A stretch of DNA of 64,000 nt from assembly GCA_024743115.1 (NCBI GenBank), contig JANSXC010000004.1:140113-204112 (forward strand), written 5' to 3'. Both the position numbers and the translations under genes were made by a program. Under the pieces are notes generated by a model. That model had not been told where the DNA came from. It made no database searches and was given only the letters and a program-made list of their open reading frames with translations. This document shows positions 33,470 through 42,338 of this stretch, one piece after another. How positions within the stretch are numbered: position 1 is the first letter of the stretch; each line of letters begins with the position of its first letter. The stretch is from a bacterium (GTDB taxonomy: Bacteria; Planctomycetota; UBA1135; UBA2386).

Positions 33470-34066
33470 TCAGCGGTCGCGGTTTTCTGCCGCCGGCGCC
33501 ATCGCGGTCGAGCTCGGCAACGCTGCCAGCGCCGCCTGCAGCTTCTTCAGCGTGCCGAGGGAGTAGCCGCGGTCGTGGAAGAACACGACCTTGCCGTCGG
33601 CGTCGAGCAGCACGATGCGACCCGGCAGGCTGTCGGCGTTGCCCGTGAACTTCGCGATCTTGTGGGCGTCGCCGTAGACGGTGATCACGACGCCCCAGTC
33701 CTCCTCAGGAATCCCGCGGCGCATGCCGTTGTCGATCGTGCCCGAGATCATTCGGGGGATCATGCCGGGGATCGTCGGCACCTCGAACAGGCGCACCTGC
33801 ACGCCGGCCATGTCGAGCGCGAGCAGCCAGCGGTCGAGGTCGAACTGCGTGTCCTGGTCGTAGCCGATCAGGAGCAGCAGCGGGGCGCCGCGTCCGATCG
33901 TGGGCAGCTCGGCGTTCTTGCCCGCGAGCGACTGGCCAGTGACGGTTGGGAACGTCTCGCCCATGGGATTCCGGCGCTCGTAGGTCGCCGAGCAGGACGG
34001 CAGCATCAGTAGCGTGCCGGCGAAGAGCACGAGGAGCGGGATCAGAATGCGGATGGAGCGGCTCAT
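33470..34066 (-). CDS. Lipoprotein with thioredoxin-like (redoxin/TlpA-like) fold but no CxxC
   Basis: Inner ATG of ORF 33470-34084 at MSRSIRILIPLLVLFAGTLLMLPSC (lipobox). It contains FPTVTGQSLAGKN...PLLLLIGYDQDTQFDLDRW...GRIVLLDADGKVVFFHDRGY. The mature protein has no cysteine. Confidence 0.55.
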   Translation of the reverse strand: MSRSIRILIPLLVLFAGTLLMLPSCSATYERRNPMGETFPTVTGQSLAGKNAELPTIGRGAPLLLLIGYDQDTQFDLDRWLLALDMAGVQVRLFEVPTIPGMIPRMISGTIDNGMRRGIPEEDWGVVITVYGDAHKIAKFTGNADSLPGRIVLLDADGKVVFFHDRGYSLGTLKKLQAALAALPSSTAMAPAAENRDR

Positions 34067-34198
34067 GGAGGACGCTTCGCCCAATCTCGGGGTAGCGATG
34101 CAGGGGGCGTGAATTGGCGGGTTTTTCCGTCACCCGCCCGGGCTGGCAGCGGCCGAAGGCGGCGTCACCACACTTCTACCCACTTACGAGTCCTCGCC

Positions 34199-34873
34199 AT
34201 GGCTGCCCGATCTCGACGCATTCCGGCCTCCAATCGCCGTTTCGTTCCAATCCTGGTCGCTCTCCTGCTCAGCTGCACCGGGGCCGTTGCCCAGTGGCAG
34301 CAGGCTCCGAGCCAGTCGGGGCCGACCAATCGGTGGGCCCACTGCCTCGCGTTCTACGGCGAGCCGGGCCTACTTCGACATGGTCTACGACGCTGCTCGC
34401 GATCGCGTCGTGATGGCAGGTGGCACCAACACCAGCCAGAGCGTGATCCGTTGCGACACCTGGGAGTGGAACGGTTCGGACTGGCGCGAAGTCGTCGCGG
34501 CCAACCACCCCGCGCACGGGTTCGGTTGGAACATGACCTACGACGCGCGCAAGCAGGTTGTCGTGTTGTTCAACGCACCGATCACACGGTCTGGGAGTTC
34601 GACGGCGTGGGCTGGACCGACGTCCAGCAGAGCCCCCCGATCGGCGCGACGCACTTCTCGTGGATGCCGATCGAGTGCGATCCGGTTCGCCAGGTGTCGG
34701 TCGCGCGGCACACGATGGTCCCGATGCTACGAATACGCGGCGGTCGGTGTGTTGCCGACGGTGACTGCCGGCGTCCCCGCGACGGCGCCGATGGTGGGCT
34801 CGTCGATTTGCGACAGGCCGGTGCGCCGACCGGCCACTCCCGGGCCACATGCGCCTTCTTCCCATTGCCGTAG
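34199..34873 (+). pseudogene. Decayed Kelch-like repeat secreted protein (coding signal split over at least 3 frame segments)
   Basis: ATG 34199 opens MAARSRRIPASNRRFVPILVALLLSCTGAVAQ (signal peptide), continuing ...NRWAHCLAFYGEPG. Sense then continues in another frame (YFDMVYDAARDRVVMAGGTNTSQSVIRCDTWEWNGSDWREV...MTYDARKQVVVLF). It then returns to the first frame (DHTVWEFDGVGWTDV...). The frame switches are near 34368 and 34575. The 3' end overlaps sppA. Confidence 0.6.
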
Positions 34874-36687
34874 CCCTCTCCCTCGCCCCGGTGTTGCTCG
34901 CACAGCAGGCCGAAGCCCAGCCCGCCAAGAAGGATGCGGCGGCCGGCGAGGTCTCTGCCGAAGCCGCCGAGCCGGTCGTGCACCGCGTGCCGTATCTGAA
35001 GATCGCGGGCAGCTACCAGGATCTGCCCGAGATGGGCTTCGATCCGACCGCACTCCTGATGGGCGGTGGTGGTCCGAAGCCGAAGCCGTTCTTCCAGCTG
35101 CTCGAGATCCTCGACGATCTGGCCAAGGCGCCCGAGAGCGAGGTCCTGCTCGACCTGTCGTCCGGCATCGGCCTCAACCTTGCGCAGCAGCGTGAGGTCG
35201 AGCGCGCGATGGATCGCCTGTTGGCGGCGGGCAAGCGTCTCGTCTGCTACCTCGAGAACCCCGGGATCACCACCTACCAGATCGCCGCCCAGTGTGATCA
35301 CGTCGTGATCGCGGACATGGGCGGTCTCGACCTGCGTTCGCCGGCGATGTCGGTGATGCACATGAAGGACGCGCTCGATCTACTCGGCGTGCAGGTCGAG
35401 GTCACGCGCGTCGGCGAGTTCAAGGGCGCGGTCGAGCCCTACATGCGCTCGTCGATCAGCGAACACCTGCGCAAGCACTACGAAGCGATGCTCACGTCGA
35501 TGAACAGTGACATCGTGCGTCGCATCGCCAAGGGTCGGATGATTCCGGCGGCCGAAGTGCGTGCCGCGCAGGCGCAGCGCATGTTCACCGCGCGCGAAGC
35601 GAAGGCTGCGGGCTTCGTCGATCGCATCGTGCCGTGGACGGGTGCCAAGCGCGCGTTCGAGGTCGTGCGCGGTGGCGACACGCTCGAGTTCGTCAACGTC
35701 GGCCCCAAGAAGAAGAAGCAGCGCCGCGACATCATGAGTCTGCTCACGAGCATGTTGCGCGCCACCAAGGAGGAGAAGATCGAGGACCCGCAGGTCGTCG
35801 TGATGCACCTCTCGGGCCAGATCGTCGACGGCAACTCGCCCAACCCGGGCATGATGGTCAGTGGCGTCGCGGCCAAGAAGCTCGACGAGCTCGCGGAGAA
35901 CGAACTCGTCAAGGGCGTCGTCATCCGCATCAACTCCCCAGGTGGTTCGGCCACGGCGAGCGAAGAGATCCGTCTCGCGATCGAGCGCCTGGCGGCGAAG
36001 AAGCCGGTCGTGTTCTCGATGGGTGAGCTCGCCGCCTCGGGTGGCTACTGGATCACGACGATCGGCCGCCCGATCCTCGCCGAGGTCGGCACGATCACGG
36101 GGTCGATCGGCGTGTTCGGCATGCGCATGCAGCCTGGTCCGCTGATGCGGCGCATCGGCCTGCACACCGACATCGTGCGGCTCGACGACGGTCCGCTCAT
36201 GGACGCGATGGACCGGCCGTGGAGCGACGAGGCTCGGGCCCGCATCCAGGGGTTCGTCGACGAGGTCTACGACCGCTTCCTCGCCCACGTCGGCCGGTCG
36301 CGCGGCATGGCGACCGAAGCTGTGGACAAGATTGCAGGTGGCCGCGTGTGGTCGGGTCAGCAGGCCGTGGAGAACGGCCTGGTAGACGCGATCGGCGGCG
36401 TCGACGACGCGCTCGCGATGGTGCGCAAGGAGGCCGAACTCGGCGATGACGTCGAAGTGCTGCACGTGCCCAAGCCGAAGAGCTTTGCGGATTCGCTGTT
36501 CAGCTCGATCTTCGAGGCGCGGATCGCTGCTGCGGCGGGCGCCAGCGCCCGCACCGAGGTTCTGCGCCTCGCGTTGGCCGATTGGCTGCGCCACACCGAG
36601 CTGTTCGGCGTGTTGCGCGAGGCGCTGACGGGCCACGGCAAGACGCGGATCTACGCCATGATGCCGGCCGGTCTGCGCGTGCGCTGA
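34849..36687 (+). CDS. sppA: Signal peptide peptidase SppA, 67K (two-domain S49) type
   Basis: ORF 34849-36687, 612 aa, signal MRLLPIAVALSLAPVLLAQQ. It contains VVIRINSPGGSATASEEI and FSMGELAASGGYWITT, plus a first degenerate S49 domain. Confidence 0.9.
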   Translation: MRLLPIAVALSLAPVLLAQQAEAQPAKKDAAAGEVSAEAAEPVVHRVPYLKIAGSYQDLPEMGFDPTALLMGGGGPKPKPFFQLLEILDDLAKAPESEVLLDLSSGIGLNLAQQREVERAMDRLLAAGKRLVCYLENPGITTYQIAAQCDHVVIADMGGLDLRSPAMSVMHMKDALDLLGVQVEVTRVGEFKGAVEPYMRSSISEHLRKHYEAMLTSMNSDIVRRIAKGRMIPAAEVRAAQAQRMFTAREAKAAGFVDRIVPWTGAKRAFEVVRGGDTLEFVNVGPKKKKQRRDIMSLLTSMLRATKEEKIEDPQVVVMHLSGQIVDGNSPNPGMMVSGVAAKKLDELAENELVKGVVIRINSPGGSATASEEIRLAIERLAAKKPVVFSMGELAASGGYWITTIGRPILAEVGTITGSIGVFGMRMQPGPLMRRIGLHTDIVRLDDGPLMDAMDRPWSDEARARIQGFVDEVYDRFLAHVGRSRGMATEAVDKIAGGRVWSGQQAVENGLVDAIGGVDDALAMVRKEAELGDDVEVLHVPKPKSFADSLFSSIFEARIAAAAGASARTEVLRLALADWLRHTELFGVLREALTGHGKTRIYAMMPAGLRVR

Positions 36688-36825
36688 TCGCCAGTAGCCG
36701 CGAGCCCGCCTCGCCCCGGGCCAGCTTCGGGCGGGCGGGGCTTGAGACTGCGGCAGGGAGCGTCTTAACTGACGAGTGGTCTGCCAAGGCCGGGGCGACG
36801 TTGGTCGTCGCCCACCCCCGCTGCG

Positions 36826-37179
36826 TTGTCCTACGATTCGACGAACGTCTTCGCCCGCATCCTCCGCAAGGAGATCCCGGCGGAGCTCCTGCACGAGGAC
36901 GAGCACTGCGTCGCGTTCCGCGACGTCAGTCCGCAGGCGCCGCATCACCTGCTGGTGATTCCGCGGCGGCCGATCAGCCGGCTCGCGGATGCGAAGCCCG
37001 AGGATCGGGAAGTGCTCGGCCACCTGTTGCTCACAGCCGCCGAGCTCGCGCGGTCGCAGGGCTTTGCCGACGACGGGTATCGTCTCGTCATCAACAACGG
37101 CGAGGGCGGCGGCCAGACCGTCTTCCATCTTCACGTCCACGTGCTCGGCGGCCGCGAGTTCGCCTGGCCCCCGGGGTAG
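36826..37179 (+). CDS. HIT family (histidine triad nucleotide-binding, HinT-like) protein
   Basis: ORF 36826-37179, TTG start. It contains VFARILRKEIPAELLHEDEHCVAFRDVSPQAPHHLLVIP and GGQTVFHLHVHVLGG (HxHxHxx). Confidence 0.92.
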   Translation: MSYDSTNVFARILRKEIPAELLHEDEHCVAFRDVSPQAPHHLLVIPRRPISRLADAKPEDREVLGHLLLTAAELARSQGFADDGYRLVINNGEGGGQTVFHLHVHVLGGREFAWPPG

Positions 37180-37187
37180 TTCGCCGC

Positions 37188-39020
37188 ATGAGCCAGAGTT
37201 CACGTTCCGGCGGCCCGCCGGACGTCATGTTCCTGCCGTTCGCGGTTCTCGGACAGGAGCCGTGGCAGGCGCGTGCCAGACAGACGCACCACGTCCCGGA
37301 CCCTGGACTCGTTGCGCGCCGACTGCCGGACTTCGTGCATCAGTTGCTCAATCAGGGCGACGGCGGTCCGGGTGCGATGCTCGAGCTGCAGACCGATGGC
37401 GAGAACGGGCCGGTGGAATGGATGCGGTTCGAACAGGTGCCGGATCGCGACGAGGTGTTCGAACTCATGCCGAACGGGCTCGACGTGCGCGCTGTCGTCA
37501 CGGGTGAAGTCGAGCTCGTCGAAGAGGGGCTGCGCGTCGAGTTCCACGTCTTCCGTCGCGAAGCCGAGGAGGACATCGTCAGCGAACGCATCGGCTCGGT
37601 GCTGCGCTGGGAGGATCCGGTCACGACGCTCGTGCGGCTCGCGCGCCACCTCGCGCGCAGCCTGGATGTGCCCTTCTCCGCGCCCGCGACGGGCCTGCTG
37701 ACGAAGTCGTCGACGGCGTTCTTCCTGTTCCTCGAAGGGCTCGACAACGCGATGCTGCTCAGTGGTGATCTCGACATCGCCGTGCCCGACGATCGCGAGT
37801 CGCTGATCCGACCGTTCGCCGATGCGTTGTTGCTCGATCCCGCGTTCGGGCTCGCGCTGCGCGTGGCCAACGCCACGACGACGCTCGCGCTCGATGGCGA
37901 GCGGCTCGAACGCGACGTCGTGCGCCGGTTCCTCGATCGCTGCTTCGACACCCAGCCTGGCGATGGCGATGCGTGCGTCGCGGTCGCTGATCAGCTCGCG
38001 GTGATGGGGGACGATGCCCGCGCGCGCGAATGGCTCGAGCACGCGGCCAAACTCGATCCGCCGCCGGCTCGCGGGCTCGAGAACCTCGGGATCCTCAAGG
38101 CCCGGCAGCGTGATCTCGACGGGGCGCGGGCGCTCTGGAAGCGCGGGCTCGAAGTCGACGGCCACCCCGACTTCTTCTCCCACCTCGCGCAGCTCGCGTT
38201 CTCCGAGGGCGACGACACGACGGGTTGGCAGCTCGTCGAGCGGGGCCTCTGGCGGCTGCGGGAACGCACGGTCCGCGCCGCGGAGTGGGACGATCAGGAA
38301 CGCAGCACGTCGGTCATGCTCGAATGCCTGCCGCCCGTGATGAGCACGCGGCAGCCGCCGCGCGGCGTCGTGCAGGCGCTCGAGAGCCTGCGTGGCCTGT
38401 TCGACGGGGAAGATCGCGTCGATTTCGGCCTCTGTCTCGAACTCGTGGGCAGCCGGCCGGCCGCGCGCGAAGAGCTGACCAAGGCCCTGCGGGCGCCGAC
38501 GCTCGAGCTCGAATCGCGCGATCGCGCTGTGCGCGCTTTGCTCAAACTCGCCGTGCCCGACTTCGAGAAGCGCTTTGCCAAGGCGGTCGACACCGCGCTG
38601 CGGGCGCGTGACCCACGCCCGGCACTCGAACACTTCGCGAAGTGGTACGAGATGCAGGACGAGTTCTGGCCGGCGCTGTTCTTCGGCGGCGTCGCGCGCC
38701 GGCGACTCGACGACCCCGACGGCGCGCTCGATCTGTTCGCCGAAGCGCTCGAACTGTCGCCGGGCCAGGCCGACGTGCTCTACGAGATGGCCGAGCTGTT
38801 CTGCCAGCGCAACAACAGCAAGCGCGCGCTCGAACTCGTCGACCAGGCTCTGGTCGAACGCCCACGCCTCGCGAAGCTTCACGCCGCCCGACTGCGCTAC
38901 CTGCAGAGTCTCGGCCGCGACGACGAGGCGCTCACGTGGTACGGCCGGGTTACCGAACTCGGTGTCGACAGCCCGGATCTCCGTCGGCTGGGCAAGGCGC
39001 TGAAGCGGCGCGGCACTTAG
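37188..39020 (+). CDS. TPR-repeat protein with an unassigned ~200-aa N-terminal domain
   Basis: In frame with ORF 36582-39020, start ATG 37188 (MSQSSRSGG), 610 aa. The C-terminal two thirds carry TPR-like helical repeats such as ALDLFAEALELSPGQADVLYEMAELFCQRNNSKRALELVDQAL. The part of the long ORF upstream of 37188 overlaps the HIT gene. Confidence 0.75.
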   Translation: MSQSSRSGGPPDVMFLPFAVLGQEPWQARARQTHHVPDPGLVARRLPDFVHQLLNQGDGGPGAMLELQTDGENGPVEWMRFEQVPDRDEVFELMPNGLDVRAVVTGEVELVEEGLRVEFHVFRREAEEDIVSERIGSVLRWEDPVTTLVRLARHLARSLDVPFSAPATGLLTKSSTAFFLFLEGLDNAMLLSGDLDIAVPDDRESLIRPFADALLLDPAFGLALRVANATTTLALDGERLERDVVRRFLDRCFDTQPGDGDACVAVADQLAVMGDDARAREWLEHAAKLDPPPARGLENLGILKARQRDLDGARALWKRGLEVDGHPDFFSHLAQLAFSEGDDTTGWQLVERGLWRLRERTVRAAEWDDQERSTSVMLECLPPVMSTRQPPRGVVQALESLRGLFDGEDRVDFGLCLELVGSRPAAREELTKALRAPTLELESRDRAVRALLKLAVPDFEKRFAKAVDTALRARDPRPALEHFAKWYEMQDEFWPALFFGGVARRRLDDPDGALDLFAEALELSPGQADVLYEMAELFCQRNNSKRALELVDQALVERPRLAKLHAARLRYLQSLGRDDEALTWYGRVTELGVDSPDLRRLGKALKRRGT

Positions 39021-39056
39021 TCGGACGCGGGGGCGGCCTCAGACGCCGCGCACGGT

Positions 39057-39713
39057 TCACACCCTCAGCAGCAACTTGCGCAGGTGCTGGCAGGCGCGTC
39101 GTCGGGCTTCATGCACGCGCGCGGGCCGAACCTCCCAGCCCTTGGCAATCTCTCGCACGGGCTGATTGCCGCCGAAGTGCAATCGGACCAGCTCCCCGAG
39201 GGAGTGGCCCGGCACTGCCGGTTCGCGATCGAGTCGGGCAACGGCTTCTCGGACAGCCGTTGCCGAGCATGTTCGATCGAGCAACTCGAGACCATCGGGG
39301 GTGCGATCCGGCGTGTGGGACACCAGGTCGTTGGACAGATAGCAACGGCGGCATTCGCGCGCGCGCCGTCGGCCGAGCCGTGCCGCGATGTTGCGGGTGA
39401 TCCCGCGGACATACGCTGCCAGTCCGTGGCCGCGCCCGACATCCAGCCGGGACAGGGCGCCATTCGACCGCAGGCATTCGACGAACACGTCCTGGGTCGC
39501 ATCGTCGACATTCGCGTCCATCGTGGAGTCGCGCCAGAGTGCGCGCAGGTGACGCTTCACGATGGGCAGGTAGTGTTCGCAGAACGCGCAGACAGCTTGC
39601 CTGTCACCCGGCGTCAGGGTGTCGATGCCATCGTTCTCCTGTGGGGTCGCCGGGGTGGCGGCCGTCGTCGCCGCCTTCGTGGCAGCGTTGCTACAGCGAT
39701 TCGGGGGCTTCAT
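39057..39713 (-). CDS. Sigma-70 family (ECF-like) RNA polymerase sigma factor
   Basis: Inner start MKPPNRCSNAATK in ORF 39057-40070. The region-2-like segment has DDATQDVFVECL. The region-4-like HTH has LGELVRLHFGGNQPVREIAKGWEVRPARVHEARRRACQHLRKLL. Confidence 0.7.
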   Translation of the reverse strand: MKPPNRCSNAATKAATTAATPATPQENDGIDTLTPGDRQAVCAFCEHYLPIVKRHLRALWRDSTMDANVDDATQDVFVECLRSNGALSRLDVGRGHGLAAYVRGITRNIAARLGRRRARECRRCYLSNDLVSHTPDRTPDGLELLDRTCSATAVREAVARLDREPAVPGHSLGELVRLHFGGNQPVREIAKGWEVRPARVHEARRRACQHLRKLLLRV

Positions 39714-39899
39714 CACCAGTTCGTAGGACGGATGCTCCCGTATTCGCAGGTGACGTAGTGCGGCAAACCGTCCGGACGAGTGCGGACGCCGCTCGGATCG
39801 TGGGGGGGGTCGGTGCGAAGCCGGATTTCGCCCCAGAAACCCGCGGTGACGGCGAATAGGAGGTGCCCCAATCCCGGGGTGTCTACCACGGAGGAAACC

Positions 39900-40397
39900 A
39901 TGAGACTCAGTTGTTTGCTCGCCGCTGCCGCGCTCACCGCTCCGCAGCAGGCTCTCGTTGCTCAGGCGCCCAATCAGGTGTCGATGTGTGTGACTACGGC
40001 GATCGGTACGTGTGGCACGTTCTGTGAACCGTTCGATTGCCAGCCGCACTACACCCTGGTTTCGAGCCATGAGGACATCGTGTTCGACGTCGCTGGTGCT
40101 CCGGACTCACCCTACGTCCTGTTCGTCGGCGTAGCCGTTCCCGGGTGTCTGACGATCCCCGGAGTGGCGGGTCAGATGGCGACCTGGACACCGGCGGCGA
40201 CCGTTGCGATCAACATGCTGCCGGCGACCGGCTACCAGCCGAACCTGCCGTGTCAGCCTTGGACCAGTTCGTACACCGTGCATGTGCCGGCAGTGCCTCC
40301 GGGCGTCGACATTCGCTTCCAGGTGCTTGGTGTCAACACCGTGAACAACTCGCCCGAGTTGACGTTCTCGCGCCCGACGGAGGTGCGAACCCGGTGA
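39900..40397 (+). CDS. Small secreted Cys-containing protein; shares a beta-rich domain with the C-terminus of 58856-61042
   Basis: In frame with ORF 39780-40397, start ATG 39900 preceded by GGAGGA. The signal is MRLSCLLAAAALTAPQQALVAQA. It contains DIVFDVAGAPDSPYVLFVGVAVPGCLTIPG and VPAVPPGVDIRFQVLG. Confidence 0.65.
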   Translation: MRLSCLLAAAALTAPQQALVAQAPNQVSMCVTTAIGTCGTFCEPFDCQPHYTLVSSHEDIVFDVAGAPDSPYVLFVGVAVPGCLTIPGVAGQMATWTPAATVAINMLPATGYQPNLPCQPWTSSYTVHVPAVPPGVDIRFQVLGVNTVNNSPELTFSRPTEVRTR

Positions 40398-40497
40398 CGG
40401 CCGGTGTGGCCGCGCCCCCGACCCTGCCGTGGGCGCGTCCCCTCCGCACATCGGCCACCTACGGTGTGCTCCTTGCTGGTCCTACTACTGAAGAACC

Positions 40498-40944
40498 ATG
40501 AGTGCTCCCCACATTCTGTTGACGACGGATCGTTCCGATGAGGCTCTGCGCGCGTTCGCGCCGGTCGCGAAGCTCGCGGCCGCCCTGCAGGCACGCGTCA
40601 CGATCCTGAACGTCGTGCTCAATCAATCCGTTCTCGTCGCGCCCGCCTCGGCGGCCATGCCGCAGATGAATCTGGATCCCGAACAGGCGGCCGCGGAGGC
40701 GCAGAAGGATCTCGCGACGTTGCGCGAACGGTTGCCCGGTGTCGCGGACGTGACCGTTGAAGCGGTCGTCGGCGTCGATGTCGCGGACACGATCGTGGAC
40801 CGCGCGAAGGCTGACGGCGCCGACTACATCTGCATGGCGACGCATGGCCACTCCGGCATCAAGCGGCTGCTGCTCGGCAGCGTGGCGGAGAAGGTCGTGC
40901 GCCACACGACCGTGCCGGTGCTGCTCTACCCGCCTGCCGAGTAG
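40498..40944 (+). CDS. Universal stress protein (UspA family)
   Basis: ORF 40498-40944. It contains ILLTTDRSDEALRA and DYICMATHGHSGIKRLLLGSVAEKVVRHTTVPVLL. Confidence 0.9.
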   Translation: MSAPHILLTTDRSDEALRAFAPVAKLAAALQARVTILNVVLNQSVLVAPASAAMPQMNLDPEQAAAEAQKDLATLRERLPGVADVTVEAVVGVDVADTIVDRAKADGADYICMATHGHSGIKRLLLGSVAEKVVRHTTVPVLLYPPAE

Positions 40945-40951
40945 TGGCCGG

Positions 40952-42130
40952 CTACTTGATCGGGGCCGCGAGCGGGCCGAGGTCGATCGGTTCGACCGCG
41001 CGGCTCTTGATCAGGTGCGACAGGTCCTCTTCCTCCAGCCATTCGTAGACCAGGTCGATCGGCGTGCAGAGGCCCATGTGCGGCACGACGACCGGGTTGC
41101 CCTTGCCGTGTGTGTAGATCTTCGAGAACACGCCGATGAGCTGGTGGGTGTCCGCGAGGTAGATGCCGCCACCGCTGTTGCCGAAGTAGGTCGGGGCGTT
41201 GATCATCCAGTAGTTGCTGCCGTTGAGCTCGTTCTGCAGCGAGCTGATCTGGCCGCTGCTCGGCACCGGATCGTTGCCGAGCGGGCAACCGACGGCGGTG
41301 ACGGGCTGCCAGACGCGGACGCGTTCGAACGTGTCCTTGCGTGAGATCACGTCGGCGACGAACGGCAGCTTCTTATCGGTGTAGATGCGAACGAGTGCGG
41401 CGTCGATCTTGGGCTTGCTCGCGACCATCTTGCCCTTCACGGTCAGGCGTTCGCCCGGCAGGTAGATGGTGACGTCGAACCCGGTCTTCGCGGCGCGCGG
41501 CGTATCGGCGAGGATGTTGCGCACGACGTGGTGACTCGTGAGCACGTAGCTCTCGGTGCGCTGCGTCTTCGGGTTCTTGTCGGAGAACACGAGCGTGCCC
41601 GAGCCGACGGTGTCGTCGCCGTTGAGCTGCACGGTCGGCAGCAGCATGGCCTTGGTCAGGCGCGACGGATCGCGGTGGATGCTGCTCGCGATCGTGGCGA
41701 TCGCGTTCTCGGTCTCGTCGAAGCGCAGGGCTGCGTCGCGCTGCTTGGTGCGCACCTCGTTGATGTAGGCGTCGACGAGCGCCTTCGTGCGCTCGAAGTC
41801 GGTCGACAGCTGGCTGCGGAAGACCTCGACCTCGCTCTTGGCCATTTGCAGCTCGGACTCGAGCTTCTTGGCCCGGGACGAGCCGGCCGAGGCGTTCTCG
41901 AGCTGGACCTCGAGCCGGTGCATGCGGGCCTCGGTCTCGGCGAGGATCTGCTGGCGCACGTCGTCGATCTTGCTCGAGTCGCCGACGATCCGGGCGACGT
42001 CGTCGAGCTTCTGTTCGAGGCCCGAGACGTCCCGCTGTTGGGTCTCGAGCCGGGCGATCTGGTGATGGAACGAGACCATCAGAACCAGTGCTGCCAGGCC
42101 GCAGAACACTTCGACCAGTGTGCGCTTCAT
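40952..42130 (-). CDS. Membrane-anchored trypsin-like serine peptidase with N-terminal coiled-coil stalk
   Basis: Inner start MKRTLVEVFCGLAALVLMVSF (TM) in ORF 40952-42340. About 130 aa of heptad-like sequence follows, then GSGTLVF...VLTSHHVV...DAALVRI...INAPTYFGNSGGGIY (His/Asp/GNSGG Ser of the chymotrypsin fold). Confidence 0.75.
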   Translation of the reverse strand: MKRTLVEVFCGLAALVLMVSFHHQIARLETQQRDVSGLEQKLDDVARIVGDSSKIDDVRQQILAETEARMHRLEVQLENASAGSSRAKKLESELQMAKSEVEVFRSQLSTDFERTKALVDAYINEVRTKQRDAALRFDETENAIATIASSIHRDPSRLTKAMLLPTVQLNGDDTVGSGTLVFSDKNPKTQRTESYVLTSHHVVRNILADTPRAAKTGFDVTIYLPGERLTVKGKMVASKPKIDAALVRIYTDKKLPFVADVISRKDTFERVRVWQPVTAVGCPLGNDPVPSSGQISSLQNELNGSNYWMINAPTYFGNSGGGIYLADTHQLIGVFSKIYTHGKGNPVVVPHMGLCTPIDLVYEWLEEEDLSHLIKSRAVEPIDLGPLAAPIK

Positions 42131-42338
42131 GTCTTTCCCTCTTCCCTGTTGCCGCTTCCCCGTTGCTCCCAATGGCTTCGGCGAGCCGGCAAAGCGCTCT
42201 GAAGGAAATCCGGTCGGTTCGTCGTACGTTGCGGCACCCGTCGGTGTCGTGGCGGTTTTCGCTACACTCGCCCGGCGATTTGCTGTCCGAACTGCTGCAC
42301 ACTGCTGCACTTGACCGGCAACTGTCGCGTTCTCGCGC

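Noticed and set aside
36792-36812. An 8-bp hairpin (GGGCGACG-ttggt-CGTCGCCC) just upstream of the HIT gene start, considered as a riboswitch or attenuator.
   Set aside because: It is a single short stem with no recognisable conserved motif. It is more likely part of the sppA terminator region. There is too little evidence to call a feature.
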